64,000 nucleotides of DNA from a virus, in the IMG/VR virus record IMGVR_UViG_3300017757_000001, one strand, 5' to 3'. Shown here piece by piece: positions 19,386-28,254 of the stretch. Below the pieces are notes generated by a model. It was not told the origin of the DNA. It saw only the letters and a list, made by a program, of their open reading frames with translations, and did not search any database. Numbering within the stretch: position 1 is the first letter of the stretch; each line of letters starts with the position of its first letter. Both the position numbers and the translations under genes were made by a program.

Positions 19386-19721
19386 TTATGGCGTAATTGT
19401 TAAAGTATAATGTCCAGTTCCTTGGAGTTGTGCATTAGGTGATGGAATTGCTTGGGATGGAGTGAATATAAATGATTGATCGCCAGTTCCATCAACAAAA
19501 ACACTAATTCTATTGTCGTTTTGAACTAATGAGGAAGTAAATGCAGTTGTACTAATTGTACCCTTTAATGGTTTTCCAGAAATGGTAAAGTAACTACCAC
19601 CCGCTGATGATGACACTTCCGTATTACTAAAAAGGAATGTATAAGCTGTTCCTGCATTCATCGTAGTTGAAGTAGGTGATCCTTTACCCCATAAAGATCC
19701 TGAATTTATTGTTTGAGCCAT
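19386..19721 (-). CDS. Small Ser/Thr/Gly-rich beta protein, probably virion-associated
   Basis: Composition; late-promoter motif at 19735-19743. Confidence 0.5.
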   Translation of the reverse strand: MAQTINSGSLWGKGSPTSTTMNAGTAYTFLFSNTEVSSSAGGSYFTISGKPLKGTISTTAFTSSLVQNDNRISVFVDGTGDQSFIFTPSQAIPSPNAQLQGTGHYTLTITP

Positions 19722-19733
19722 AGTTATATTTTA

Positions 19734-20171
19734 TTATACATATGACGTTTTGTGGGTTCCATTTATAATATTTGAAGAACTCAATCCACCATATCTTGGA
19801 ACATATATGATATTTTCAATATACTCCGATCCAATTATTTCTTTTTCTTTATAATCATCCCCAATTACCATAAATTTTGGAAGTTGAACTTCAATTAAGT
19901 TCCTCAACATATCATCACTATGAAAAGCGTAAACTTCATCAATGTATTTTATAGCACGTAGAAATTCCATTCTATCCTTTAGCTTATTTACTGGCCTACC
20001 TACTCCTTTTGCTTCTCTTATTCTCTCATCCGTATCTACTCCAACTACTATCTTCCATGAAAAGGGAGGTAACTCATCATTTGCTAATTCATGTGCTCTT
20101 TCGAATAATTTGATGTGCCCCATGTGGAGCACATCAAAAGTTCCATTTAACCAAATTACATTATTGTGCAT
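19734..20171 (-). CDS. Cytidylyltransferase-like nucleotidyltransferase (HldE/RfaE domain II-like)
   Basis: NGTFDVLHMGH (HxGH), GVDTDERIREAKGVGRPVN, GDDY, SSSNII. Confidence 0.85.
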   Translation of the reverse strand: MHNNVIWLNGTFDVLHMGHIKLFERAHELANDELPPFSWKIVVGVDTDERIREAKGVGRPVNKLKDRMEFLRAIKYIDEVYAFHSDDMLRNLIEVQLPKFMVIGDDYKEKEIIGSEYIENIIYVPRYGGLSSSNIINGTHKTSYV

Positions 20172-20976
20172 ACTCTAAAGCTACATTAAATAGCTCTTTA
20201 TTAATTTTCATATCTTGTTTGAAATTTTTAATCTCACGAGCTTTTCTTGCTTTACCCGCTGAACGGTAATCGAAGTCTCCTGTAATTAATTTTTCTTGAA
20301 CTACATTAAATACACTCCAAAGATCGCTTCCTGCGTCTTCTTTTCTAACTGGATTGATAAATGCATCCAAATCAATTTGAATTCTATTCATCTCTGGCTT
20401 TGTAAACCTTGTTAGCAATGCATCTTTGGCAAATTGAAGAATTCTTTCTTGCTCCATTTCTGTAGCTTTCATTCGATTCATAGATTCAACTGTCAATGGT
20501 AGCTTTTCAACCATATCCTTAATCATATCTTGAAGATCTTCAAATGAATAACCCATATGACGCATTTTAACATCTTCAAATTGCTGATCTGCAATTACAA
20601 GACCATTTGAGCAAATCAACCTATACAAACCTGCTTGGAATGTAAAAGCATTTTTACCATCATGAGAGTTAGTCATTAGGATTTGTGGAAATACTGTATC
20701 ACCATCTTCTCCATTAATAACAACATCATCATTTCTAAACACCAATAAGTGCTTCTGAAAGCCCTTAGTTGAAATTTTACGAGCTTTTACCTCTTTCGCC
20801 TCAATTGGCTTCCAACCTAATACTTCCATATCATCAATTACTCTTTCTGTAGGAATGTGAGTGTAATGTTTAGAAACCTCATTACTAGGCTTTTCTGCGA
20901 ATACTGACGGCGCTACGCTTAAAATATTCCCTTTTGTTAAATACTTTGCTGATTGCAAATCTTCTGAATTCATCAT
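20161..20976 (-). CDS. DUF932/DUF945 family protein
   Basis: APSVFAE..S..YTHIPT, KHLLVFR, NSHDG, GLYRLICSNGLV, DLWSVFNVVQE. Confidence 0.85.
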   Translation of the reverse strand: MMNSEDLQSAKYLTKGNILSVAPSVFAEKPSNEVSKHYTHIPTERVIDDMEVLGWKPIEAKEVKARKISTKGFQKHLLVFRNDDVVINGEDGDTVFPQILMTNSHDGKNAFTFQAGLYRLICSNGLVIADQQFEDVKMRHMGYSFEDLQDMIKDMVEKLPLTVESMNRMKATEMEQERILQFAKDALLTRFTKPEMNRIQIDLDAFINPVRKEDAGSDLWSVFNVVQEKLITGDFDYRSAGKARKAREIKNFKQDMKINKELFNVALEYAQ

Positions 20977-21013
20977 AACTTTTATTTGTTTTTTGTGATT
21001 ATTAATTATCCTT

Positions 21014-21072
21014 ATTTACCCTGTAAATATACGAACGCTTTCTCGGGTATCCAAGCACTTTACCGGAAGTCT
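21014..21072 (-). promoter_or_regulatory. Long-class phage promoter
   Basis: AGACTT-N11-CTTGG-N15-TTCGTATATTTAC-AGG-GTAAAT. Confidence 0.8.
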
Positions 21073-21183
21073 TCAAGAAGTTGTTTATATCTGTATATAA
21101 TTTGTCGATAGTGAAAGATCGTAGTACTCTACGATTTGCGAATTTGCAATTTTTACAACGCTTATGCTATATGGTTTTTGGCC

Positions 21184-21267
21184 TTAAATTGCTAAAGCAA
21201 AAACAACAATCATTATTGTAATATAGATAATTGGTGTTACGTCTACTGATTTTCTTTCCATGATCAT
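21184..21267 (-). CDS. 27-aa hydrophobic peptide MIMERKSVDVTPIIYITIMIVVFALAI
   Basis: Manual translation; single TM segment. Confidence 0.45.
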   Translation of the reverse strand: MIMERKSVDVTPIIYITIMIVVFALAI

Positions 21268-21269
21268 AT

Positions 21270-21690
21270 ATATTTTACTATTATGTTAATCTAATGCCCT
21301 TAATATGAAGCAGTTATGAATCTGTTATGCCCTAGATATAAGTATATACTCATCGATCCTTTATTTTTATACTCGATATATGAAAACCGCTACACCCTTG
21401 GTCCCACATACCCACCATATATGGACATCAGCGCGCGGTGGTTATTACATACATACGCCGGCGGTACGCCGCACAACTACTACTATACTATATTACTATT
21501 ACCACCCATACTACTTAATATGTAAGTATAAGGTATGGCATGCACAACATATTATTATATATAAGGTACTTACGATTTACATCATTGGTATAATAGATTG
21601 TATAGGTAGGTACCCAGTATGGGGGTTATGCGACCCATACTAGGTGTAACTACCGCCGGCTAAGGAACCGACATCGTAAATGTATCATTC
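21270..21690. other. Non-coding island with GC-rich inverted repeats (candidate ncRNA, origin or terminus)
   Basis: No minus-strand ORF; GCCGGCGGTA (21457-21466) / TACCGCCGGC (21651-21660) inverted repeat; AGTATGGG/CCCATACT hairpin. Confidence 0.5.
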
Positions 21691-21692
21691 GA

Positions 21693-22484
21693 TTACGCCA
21701 TATTCAACGGCTCATCATGCAACCATGACACCTTATTATGTGTATCTAAATTAAAATATAATTTATTACCATTTCCACCACGACGATTCTTACTGAAATG
21801 AAAATAACGTCCCATCTCATCGAATTTCAAATGCCCCATCGCTGTTGTCATGTGCTTAATCTTATTCGATCCAACAAATGTACCTCCTTTAGTAACTTGT
21901 TGAATTATCAAAAACGTACTATTAATATTAGCATCGTTATTTGCTTGATTATGTTCATCTAGTAATTGTAGAATACGGTTGGTGTTTGACTTACCTGTAC
22001 CACCAAAATAATCAACATAATTATCTGATATCTCAGCAAGTGAATCAATTAACACACAATCATATCCTTCCTTCAATGCTGTTCTTAAAACAACATCAGG
22101 ATTGGTATCTGAATAATCACCCATAAATAGAATATCTAGGGCACCAAACTTTGGGAATCTACGAACATAACCAACCATGTCGATAGCATTCATCTCACCT
22201 GAAATAAACAAACATTTCTTACCTGCTTGATTCAAATCAGCTAATATGTCTAGCAACACAGTAGTCTTACCAACACCTGGATCACCTGTTATTACAACAT
22301 TTGTTCCTGGCATAACACCTTTATCTGAACTAAAGAATTGATCAACTTTCGTTTTAGTTCTCATTGGTGTAAATAATTTATCATTAAATGTCAAATCATC
22401 CATTTTCACGGTTTTAACATTCAATTTCATCTGTGGCGTCTCAACTGTTTTTCTTGGACGACCTCTTTTTACTTCATTTTGCAT
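21693..22484 (-). CDS. RadA/Sms-like RecA-family ATPase with N-terminal AT-hook-like motif
   Basis: GDPGVGKTT Walker A, LFISGE, VLIDS Walker B, QVTKGGTFVGS..IKHM, SKNR; KRGRPRK at the N-terminus. Confidence 0.8.
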   Translation of the reverse strand: MQNEVKRGRPRKTVETPQMKLNVKTVKMDDLTFNDKLFTPMRTKTKVDQFFSSDKGVMPGTNVVITGDPGVGKTTVLLDILADLNQAGKKCLFISGEMNAIDMVGYVRRFPKFGALDILFMGDYSDTNPDVVLRTALKEGYDCVLIDSLAEISDNYVDYFGGTGKSNTNRILQLLDEHNQANNDANINSTFLIIQQVTKGGTFVGSNKIKHMTTAMGHLKFDEMGRYFHFSKNRRGGNGNKLYFNLDTHNKVSWLHDEPLNMA

Positions 22485-22536
22485 AACCTTTATTTTTAAT
22501 TTATAACCTTTTTAATTCCGTTAATGGCCTTAACTC

Positions 22537-22595
22537 ATTAACATGGTAAATATACGAACGGAATCTCGCTTCTCCAAGCTATTCCGCAATTACCT
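22537..22595 (-). promoter_or_regulatory. Long-class phage promoter (degenerate upstream box)
   Basis: CTTGG-AGAAGCGAGATTCCG-TTCGTATATTTAC. Confidence 0.75.
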
Positions 22596-22874
22596 TTAAA
22601 ATGTTGCTGGATGTCCTTCAAATGCTAATTGATCCTCAACGCTAGCATTCATGTATTTGGAACGTTGCTTAAAATAATGTAAGAATAAATCACTGTTGGT
22701 GAAATATCGATCGATACGTTCTGTCCATGTTGATAATCCCCATTTAGGAGACATATATGTTCCAGTTAATATTTTTTGTCCGTTGTCGGGATCGGTAGCG
22801 ACGGTGATCGTTACTCCAGGTACTAACTTATCAACTTCAACTTGTGTTTCTTTAACTAATTTTCCTAAATTCAT
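22596..22874 (-). CDS. Hypothetical early protein
   Basis: ORF track; AAAGGTT-ATG start context. Confidence 0.6.
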   Translation of the reverse strand: MNLGKLVKETQVEVDKLVPGVTITVATDPDNGQKILTGTYMSPKWGLSTWTERIDRYFTNSDLFLHYFKQRSKYMNASVEDQLAFEGHPATF

Positions 22875-22905
22875 AACCTTTATTTATTTATTTGACCTTA
22901 ACCTC

Positions 22906-22963
22906 AATAACACGTAAATATACGAACACTCCCTCGCTTCTCCACGCATCTCCGCGGAAGTCG
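22906..22963 (-). promoter_or_regulatory. Long-class phage promoter
   Basis: CGACTT-N11-CGTGG-N15-TTCGTATATTTAC. Confidence 0.75.
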
Positions 22964-23160
22964 TTGTGAACAGTTGTGAATAATTGTGAAATCGTGTGGT
23001 TCACGTATATACTTCGTTACCTACACTATAGTTTGGATGCGCTAGGGGGAGGGGTTAATGCGGGATTGATTTTAGGTCACATAGCAACATAGTAGATTTG
23101 TCACATACTATACTACTTTTCATTAACCCGTGTCACATTTTATGTTAGGTGGTCACACTT
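22964..23160. repeat. Converging TGTGA/TCACA repeat arrays
   Basis: TTGTGAA x3 at 10-bp period (22964, 22974, 22984); GTCACA x4 at about 23076, 23100, 23132, 23152. Confidence 0.6.
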
Positions 23161-23391
23161 GCATTGAATATTATTATCATTCAAATAAGCATTAAGTGTT
23201 TTCAATTGTTTGAATGTAATTGATCCAACCATTAACGTATCCTTCCACTCCATTAAACAATATCTGTCAGGAGCTAATTGAAGAACTTTCCACGTCGACT
23301 CAATCACCGTCACTTTCCCCATCGCTGGATTATTAATATTCATTGCTGTCATCTCCCCCATCTTCATCTCTACTAGGTTCAGGTCTTTCAT
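23140..23391 (-). CDS. Hypothetical protein
   Basis: ORF track; start probably 23343 to avoid the overlap. Confidence 0.45.
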   Translation of the reverse strand: MKDLNLVEMKMGEMTAMNINNPAMGKVTVIESTWKVLQLAPDRYCLMEWKDTLMVGSITFKQLKTLNAYLNDNNIQCKCDHLT

Positions 23392-23800
23392 CTACGAAAT
23401 CTTCATAAATGTCATCATCATCTAAATAGTTATTTACTGCTTTTTGTAAATCCCCATACTCATAACCTTCAATTATTTTTTCTCTACCTTCATCAATGCT
23501 ATGCTTAACATTTCCATTATCATCAATTGTAGTAACTTCACCCTCATCATTTAAATCATTTTCCATTTTAATTTTATCTTCAATCTCCACAGTTGGTGTA
23601 CTCCATTTTTCAATCATTTCATCTGTAGGATTATCAGTCATATAAGCAATTTTACTCTCAAATTCTAATCTTCCCACACCATGCATCTTCATCACCATAT
23701 CAAAATTAAGATCTAATGCCTTATATTTCTCTTGGAAATTATCTACAAATTCAATATATAATTCATTGAATTTATCTTGTGTCATTACTTCTTTAGGCAT
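23333..23800 (-). CDS. Acidic hypothetical protein
   Basis: ORF track; strongly D/E-rich. Confidence 0.55.
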   Translation of the reverse strand: MPKEVMTQDKFNELYIEFVDNFQEKYKALDLNFDMVMKMHGVGRLEFESKIAYMTDNPTDEMIEKWSTPTVEIEDKIKMENDLNDEGEVTTIDDNGNVKHSIDEGREKIIEGYEYGDLQKAVNNYLDDDDIYEDFVDERPEPSRDEDGGDDSNEY

Positions 23801-23801
23801 A

Positions 23802-23957
23802 TTAGTTAGTAATTGTAAGGTTAAGTATAGTTAATCTAAATGATCGTTTTGAACCATCAAAACTAAATTCAAATATAGTTAATGATCCAATTCTCACTTC
23901 TAATGCAATTTTGTCTGTTTGCTTGGCATTTGAAGCCCAGTCGTTAATAAATTTCAT
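23802..23957 (-). CDS. Small hypothetical protein (51 aa, MKFINDWASNAKQ...)
   Basis: Manual translation; fills the intergenic gap. Confidence 0.5.
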   Translation of the reverse strand: MKFINDWASNAKQTDKIALEVRIGSLTIFEFSFDGSKRSFRLTILNLTITN

Positions 23958-23984
23958 ATTTAATTGTTTTATTGTGTTATTATA

Positions 23985-24476
23985 TTAATATCCCCATTTC
24001 CTCAATTTATTCATTGATTCTATGTTATAGCCTTTTAATTTAGCTACATGAAAATACAAATCTTCAGTTGTTCCACCAAATTCATTTGTAATTTCCTTTA
24101 ATTTATCCTTTTTCATTTTAAATGATTTAGATAAATTACTTATTAGACTATCCATTCTGTCATTTTCATCTTTCATACCGTCTTCATACAATTTATTATA
24201 GCGTTTTCTTGCTCTAATTTCTATATCACTGTATAATTTATCTTCTAATGGATTCCTACCCTGGTATTCATTAATAAATTCCTCTTGCTCATCTTTCATC
24301 CATTCTAATTCCCATCTAGCTTGATCAAAGAAAGGTGAATACTCAAAATCACCATTTCTTATCTTATCAAGTAAATTAGCTTTATAAGGTAATGATTTGT
24401 GAGTCCTAAAACGTCTCCACCAATAAAAGGGTAGTGCTCGTCTACCACTTGGTTTTTTAGGCGCGCGCGCACTCAT
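23985..24476 (-). CDS. Hypothetical protein
   Basis: ORF track; FYWWRRF, KIRNGDFEYS. Confidence 0.6.
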   Translation of the reverse strand: MSARAPKKPSGRRALPFYWWRRFRTHKSLPYKANLLDKIRNGDFEYSPFFDQARWELEWMKDEQEEFINEYQGRNPLEDKLYSDIEIRARKRYNKLYEDGMKDENDRMDSLISNLSKSFKMKKDKLKEITNEFGGTTEDLYFHVAKLKGYNIESMNKLRKWGY

Positions 24477-24952
24477 AATCCAAGATATTTTTTATATTTT
24501 TCACTCATTTTATCAAAATAACTTGTTTTCATTATCTTTTTATGTGCTTGATTAATTTCTTTTTGATTATTAATTAATACCATAAAGCAAGGAGCTAATG
24601 ATCTAGCATTAAATCCATCTACTTCTAAATCATCTTTAGGGTTTATACATAAAGCTTTGTGGTTTATGTAAGCATTCTTTAATAATTCTTTATTTAAAAA
24701 ATGTTGATAACGTTTAGTATCTGTATTAGGCATTTCAACATCATTTATAAAAATTGCATTATCTTTTCCAGATTCATAAAACTTTTCCATACAAGTTATG
24801 AAATCATTGCCTTCTCCCATATAATCTATGTAAAGATTATCACCTTCACGTTCTTTTTTAGCAAAAGGACAAGTAGGCATGCCATTATACTCATCCCTTG
24901 GTACTTCTAACACATATTTAATATAATTTAATACTTCTTCTTTTTTATCCAT
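24473..24952 (-). CDS. Hypothetical protein, DUF1415-like
   Basis: MPTCPFAK motif; start moved to MDKKEE. Confidence 0.5.
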   Translation of the reverse strand: MDKKEEVLNYIKYVLEVPRDEYNGMPTCPFAKKEREGDNLYIDYMGEGNDFITCMEKFYESGKDNAIFINDVEMPNTDTKRYQHFLNKELLKNAYINHKALCINPKDDLEVDGFNARSLAPCFMVLINNQKEINQAHKKIMKTSYFDKMSEKYKKYLGL

Positions 24953-25127
24953 TGATCCAACGTTTATAAAAATAAAGTTCAATAGGTGATAACCCATCAT
25001 ACCAATTTTCAAATTCCCCACCAGTTACTTTTTGTGCTTTTAGTTTAAATTCCTCAAACCACTTATCTAATATATTTCTATCACCAAGTTTATCCATCCA
25101 ATCCCATTCTCTTCCTGAATTAATCAT
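24945..25127 (-). CDS. Hypothetical protein
   Basis: ORF track; coupled to neighbours. Confidence 0.5.
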   Translation of the reverse strand: MINSGREWDWMDKLGDRNILDKWFEEFKLKAQKVTGGEFENWYDGLSPIELYFYKRWING

Positions 25128-25129
25128 AA

Positions 25130-25651
25130 TTATTTTATGTTTATATATTTTTTCCCACCTCTAATGTATATTTCACCTACTGGGATTTCATTTAATTCTC
25201 TACCTTTTAAATCATATATTATATTATTGTACCATCTAACTCCATCCTCTTCAATTACAAACCCAGGAAGACCTGTAGAAACATTTCTGGCTATTACAAC
25301 CCATCCAAACTGATTGAAATCATATACTAATGAATCACAATGTTGACATACTATTGTCGTTGAGTCTAATGTGTATATGTAAGCATCATAACATAATTTA
25401 ACGGTATCTGTCATATTTAGTAATGGAAATGAAAATGGATTATTACCCTGTGGTATATAACATGCTACTGAATTACATGCTGTCCAATTCCAATCAATTG
25501 CTCCTACCATATTACCAATTCCTCCTGAACTTGGAGTTATAGTTAATATTGTATTAGGAAATATTGAGTATGACAGAGAGTCACACCAATTAACTTGTGC
25601 TTGTGTTTGTAGTCCAAGCGAAACTAATACAGCTAAAATTAGCTTTTTCAT
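25130..25651 (-). CDS. Secreted protein with a short T9SS type A-like C-terminal domain
   Basis: Signal MKKLILAVLVSLGLQTQAQ; Cys-containing beta domain; C-terminus IIYDLKGREL...GEIYIRGGKKYINIK. Confidence 0.65.
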   Translation of the reverse strand: MKKLILAVLVSLGLQTQAQVNWCDSLSYSIFPNTILTITPSSGGIGNMVGAIDWNWTACNSVACYIPQGNNPFSFPLLNMTDTVKLCYDAYIYTLDSTTIVCQHCDSLVYDFNQFGWVVIARNVSTGLPGFVIEEDGVRWYNNIIYDLKGRELNEIPVGEIYIRGGKKYINIK

Positions 25652-25662
25652 TGTTTTTGTTT

Positions 25663-25893
25663 TTAATTAATATTTTTTTTATAATCTATAAAAAATCCAA
25701 CAGCTACTAAGATATTTAAACCTAAACTAGCTATTATTTCGTGTATATCTTGATAAACATTTAAAGATAAATGAACATGACCTACAACCCAAAAAGGAAT
25801 AGCCATTTGTTGGCTATACCAAATTAATCCAAACTCTAAAAACTTTTTTATTTTTTTAACTCCTCCCATTAACAACCTTCCAAATACTATCAA
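25663..25893 (-). CDS. Small membrane protein
   Basis: Hydrophobic; IPFWVVGHVHLS. Confidence 0.5.
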   Translation of the reverse strand: MIVFGRLLMGGVKKIKKFLEFGLIWYSQQMAIPFWVVGHVHLSLNVYQDIHEIIASLGLNILVAVGFFIDYKKNIN

Positions 25894-26047
25894 AACCTAT
25901 ATTACGCTTTACTTCAATTTCTCTCTTAAATTTTTCATTTTCTTCTTTTAGATTTTTCATTTCTTTCTTTAATTTATAAAGTTTAAAACCCAAATATCCT
26001 ATTGAAATTTTTATGAGAAATAATGAAATAATCGCGTAAATTGCCAT
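25856..26047 (-). CDS. Small membrane-anchored protein
   Basis: TM helix plus coiled coil. Confidence 0.5.
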   Translation of the reverse strand: MAIYAIISLFLIKISIGYLGFKLYKLKKEMKNLKEENEKFKREIEVKRNIGFDSIWKVVNGRS

Positions 26048-26173
26048 GTTTAAATGTGTATAACTGCGTTAAAAGCCATAATCATATATCCCATTCATCC
26101 GGGGCTTTCATTATTATATGATCGCTAACAAACTTCTTCCATCTTTTGAGGAATTTATTATAAATACGACGAA

Positions 26174-26356
26174 TCATGAAGTAATCATTGTAATAACTAA
26201 ACAAATTACAAATGCTACAAAACAAATTCCAATTGCTTTCAAAGAAAACTCTTCAGTTCTTCGTTTTCTATCACTATCGTAGTAAGGATGTTTGATTTGA
26301 CTTTCATCTTTCCAACCCCATTTTTCTCTATTATATCTTCTACCTGAATTTCCCAT
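26174..26356 (-). CDS. Small protein with C-terminal TM helix
   Basis: ORF track. Confidence 0.5.
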   Translation of the reverse strand: MGNSGRRYNREKWGWKDESQIKHPYYDSDRKRRTEEFSLKAIGICFVAFVICLVITMITS

Positions 26357-26375
26357 TTATTTATTTTTTTATTTA

Positions 26376-26756
26376 TTATCTTGCTGGTTTAGCATTAGCT
26401 TGATCTATTATATTACCCATTTCTTTTACATAAGGAACATTTTTCCCATCAGGTGCTAGAGTAGATTTAGCATTTATTTGATTATTTGCAGAAAAGAAAA
26501 TCCATTCAGCTACTTCATCTGCTGAACACCAACCTTTTACAAAATCATCTCCAAAATGATGTTTATGTCCATTTGAATCAGTAATCATAATTTCAGCTGT
26601 AAGTGTTTCTTCTTGAGTTTCAACTCTATTAGAACAGTAATTGGCAAATCCCCATTGAATAGAAATTTCATTACCATTTTTAAATTTCATAAAAATACCA
26701 GCAGGTACTTTAGTGTTATCTCCTATACTTTTAGTATGTGTGCAACATTTTATCAT
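26376..26756 (-). CDS. Hypothetical protein
   Basis: FKNGNEISIQWG..NYCS motif; promoter at 26783-26815. Confidence 0.6.
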   Translation of the reverse strand: MIKCCTHTKSIGDNTKVPAGIFMKFKNGNEISIQWGFANYCSNRVETQEETLTAEIMITDSNGHKHHFGDDFVKGWCSADEVAEWIFFSANNQINAKSTLAPDGKNVPYVKEMGNIIDQANAKPAR

Positions 26757-26822
26757 AACTGTTTTTATTTAATTATTTGACCATAATATACGAACTATCT
26801 ATGCGTTATCCAAATTAAACAC

Positions 26823-26856
26823 AAAAAAGGCGCTGATTTCTCAGCGCCTCTCTTTT
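26823..26856 (-). terminator. Rho-independent terminator, possibly bidirectional
   Basis: AGGCGCTGA-4nt-TCAGCGCCT 9-bp stem with a U6 tract on the minus strand and a T-rich run on the plus strand. Confidence 0.85.
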
Positions 26857-26874
26857 ACATTCTTATAAAGAAAC

Positions 26875-27111
26875 TTATTTCTTATCCGTAAAGAAAGAAA
26901 CTACAAGGATCAATACAATTAATCCAACAAACCCTCCTTCACCAATAGCGGTTACTAAGCTTGTTAAATTTGCAATGACATCCATACCAAAGATAGTTCC
27001 CCCAGTAAGTACTTGCCATAAGATAGTCAATGGCAAAACAGCCATTAATAAACTACCTAATCCTGTTAAAAACCCTTTTACGGTGTTAAATACATTTTCC
27101 ATTTTTATCAA
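26875..27111 (-). CDS. Small integral membrane protein
   Basis: Two hydrophobic segments. Confidence 0.6.
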   Translation of the reverse strand: MIKMENVFNTVKGFLTGLGSLLMAVLPLTILWQVLTGGTIFGMDVIANLTSLVTAIGEGGFVGLIVLILVVSFFTDKK

Positions 27112-27121
27112 TTTTTAGTTA

Positions 27122-27535
27122 TTAAAATTTTAGACCTACTCCTAACATCATGTTAGTCGTCTTTTCTCCTGAATTGTAAACTACTTTAGGATCAACAAAT
27201 ACATTCTTGTGGAATGTAAACATTTTACCTAAACCAATGTTCATCGCATCAGTACTCAAACCATCAGTTGCTACATAAGCAAAATATCCTTTGTAAAAAT
27301 ATCTTGCATGAAAGTCAACCTCCATGTCTGCAGATGAATCAGCTTGAGCAACAGAACAACCTATCATTAGGTCATCAGTTACAGCATATCCAACTGTTGG
27401 GCTAATAGACCACTCAGTCCAAGCCACGTTAGCAATATCGCCAGTACCTACGTACCAGTCTCCTTTGGCATTTTGTGCCATAGCTCCAGCTGTTAAAAAC
27501 AGACCTAAAGCTAGTGTTAAAATCATTTTTTTCAT
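27122..27535 (-). CDS. Outer-membrane beta-barrel protein (small, OmpA/porin-like)
   Basis: Signal ...AGAMAQ; AKGDWYVG, SPTVGYAVTDDLMIG, FHARYF, alternating beta strands, C-terminal GVGLKF (BamA-type Phe). Confidence 0.8.
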   Translation of the reverse strand: MKKMILTLALGLFLTAGAMAQNAKGDWYVGTGDIANVAWTEWSISPTVGYAVTDDLMIGCSVAQADSSADMEVDFHARYFYKGYFAYVATDGLSTDAMNIGLGKMFTFHKNVFVDPKVVYNSGEKTTNMMLGVGLKF

Positions 27536-27759
27536 TTTTTTGATTTTGGTTAATAATTAATTTTATACTTTTGGGAAAAACGTAGAGGCCTCTACTATTT
27601 GTTTTAAAAACGAATCACCATTTTCTCGTGGTGTGCAGTATACATATACGCTTTTTTCCAAAAACATAGGGTAAACATACGATGATTAAATCTGCTATCC
27701 ACACTATACTGAAAGAACTTCATAGTTGTGAATAATTCGTTGTTCACTACGCAATTATC

Positions 27760-27975
27760 CTACAATTCATTTGGATCATCTAAATCCTTCATTCTCTTTA
27801 ATTTATTACGTGTTTTAGTGCGTTCACGCTCAATTTTATCATCTGGTATGTCATTCACAATATGACCACAATTTAAACACTTATAAATTGAAGTTTTCAT
27901 ACAAAACGTTATATCAGGCGAACCACAAGCCAAGCAAAAGGGTTCTTCGGGAATTTCATCAATTTTAATTTTCAT
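27760..27975 (-). CDS. Zn-ribbon protein
   Basis: CLACGS...CLNCGH. Confidence 0.65.
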   Translation of the reverse strand: MKIKIDEIPEEPFCLACGSPDITFCMKTSIYKCLNCGHIVNDIPDDKIERERTKTRNKLKRMKDLDDPNEL

Positions 27976-28201
27976 CTTCTACAATAATTGCATCTTCAAT
28001 TGTTTCACAAAATAGAAATTCGCTTTGGGTTCTCAAAACATGATCACATCCTAACCAATCCCTATAAGCTTTAACTAACTCCATATTTAATTTATTTGAT
28101 TTAGGTTGGCTAAAGTGGTGGGTTGGCATTTCTCTTTTAACAATGTATGCCTTTTCTTCGGTTCCATAGTTTACATATTTTATATAATGCACTCCAATCA
28201 T
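27965..28201 (-). CDS. Hypothetical protein
   Basis: ORF track. Confidence 0.55.
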   Translation of the reverse strand: MIGVHYIKYVNYGTEEKAYIVKREMPTHHFSQPKSNKLNMELVKAYRDWLGCDHVLRTQSEFLFCETIEDAIIVEDEN

Positions 28202-28254
28202 TGTATATACGTATTAAATTGTTGATGTGTGTTGTAAAGAGCTCTGTTTTTTAT

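Noticed and set aside
21316-21643. Two plus-strand ORFs in the non-coding island
   Set aside because: Low-complexity Y/T/H-rich translations of microrepeats, against the genome-wide strand bias; cannot be fully excluded
24461-24470. (GC)5 run as a regulatory or Z-DNA element
   Set aside because: Encodes S-A-R-A-P at a gene start; single short occurrence
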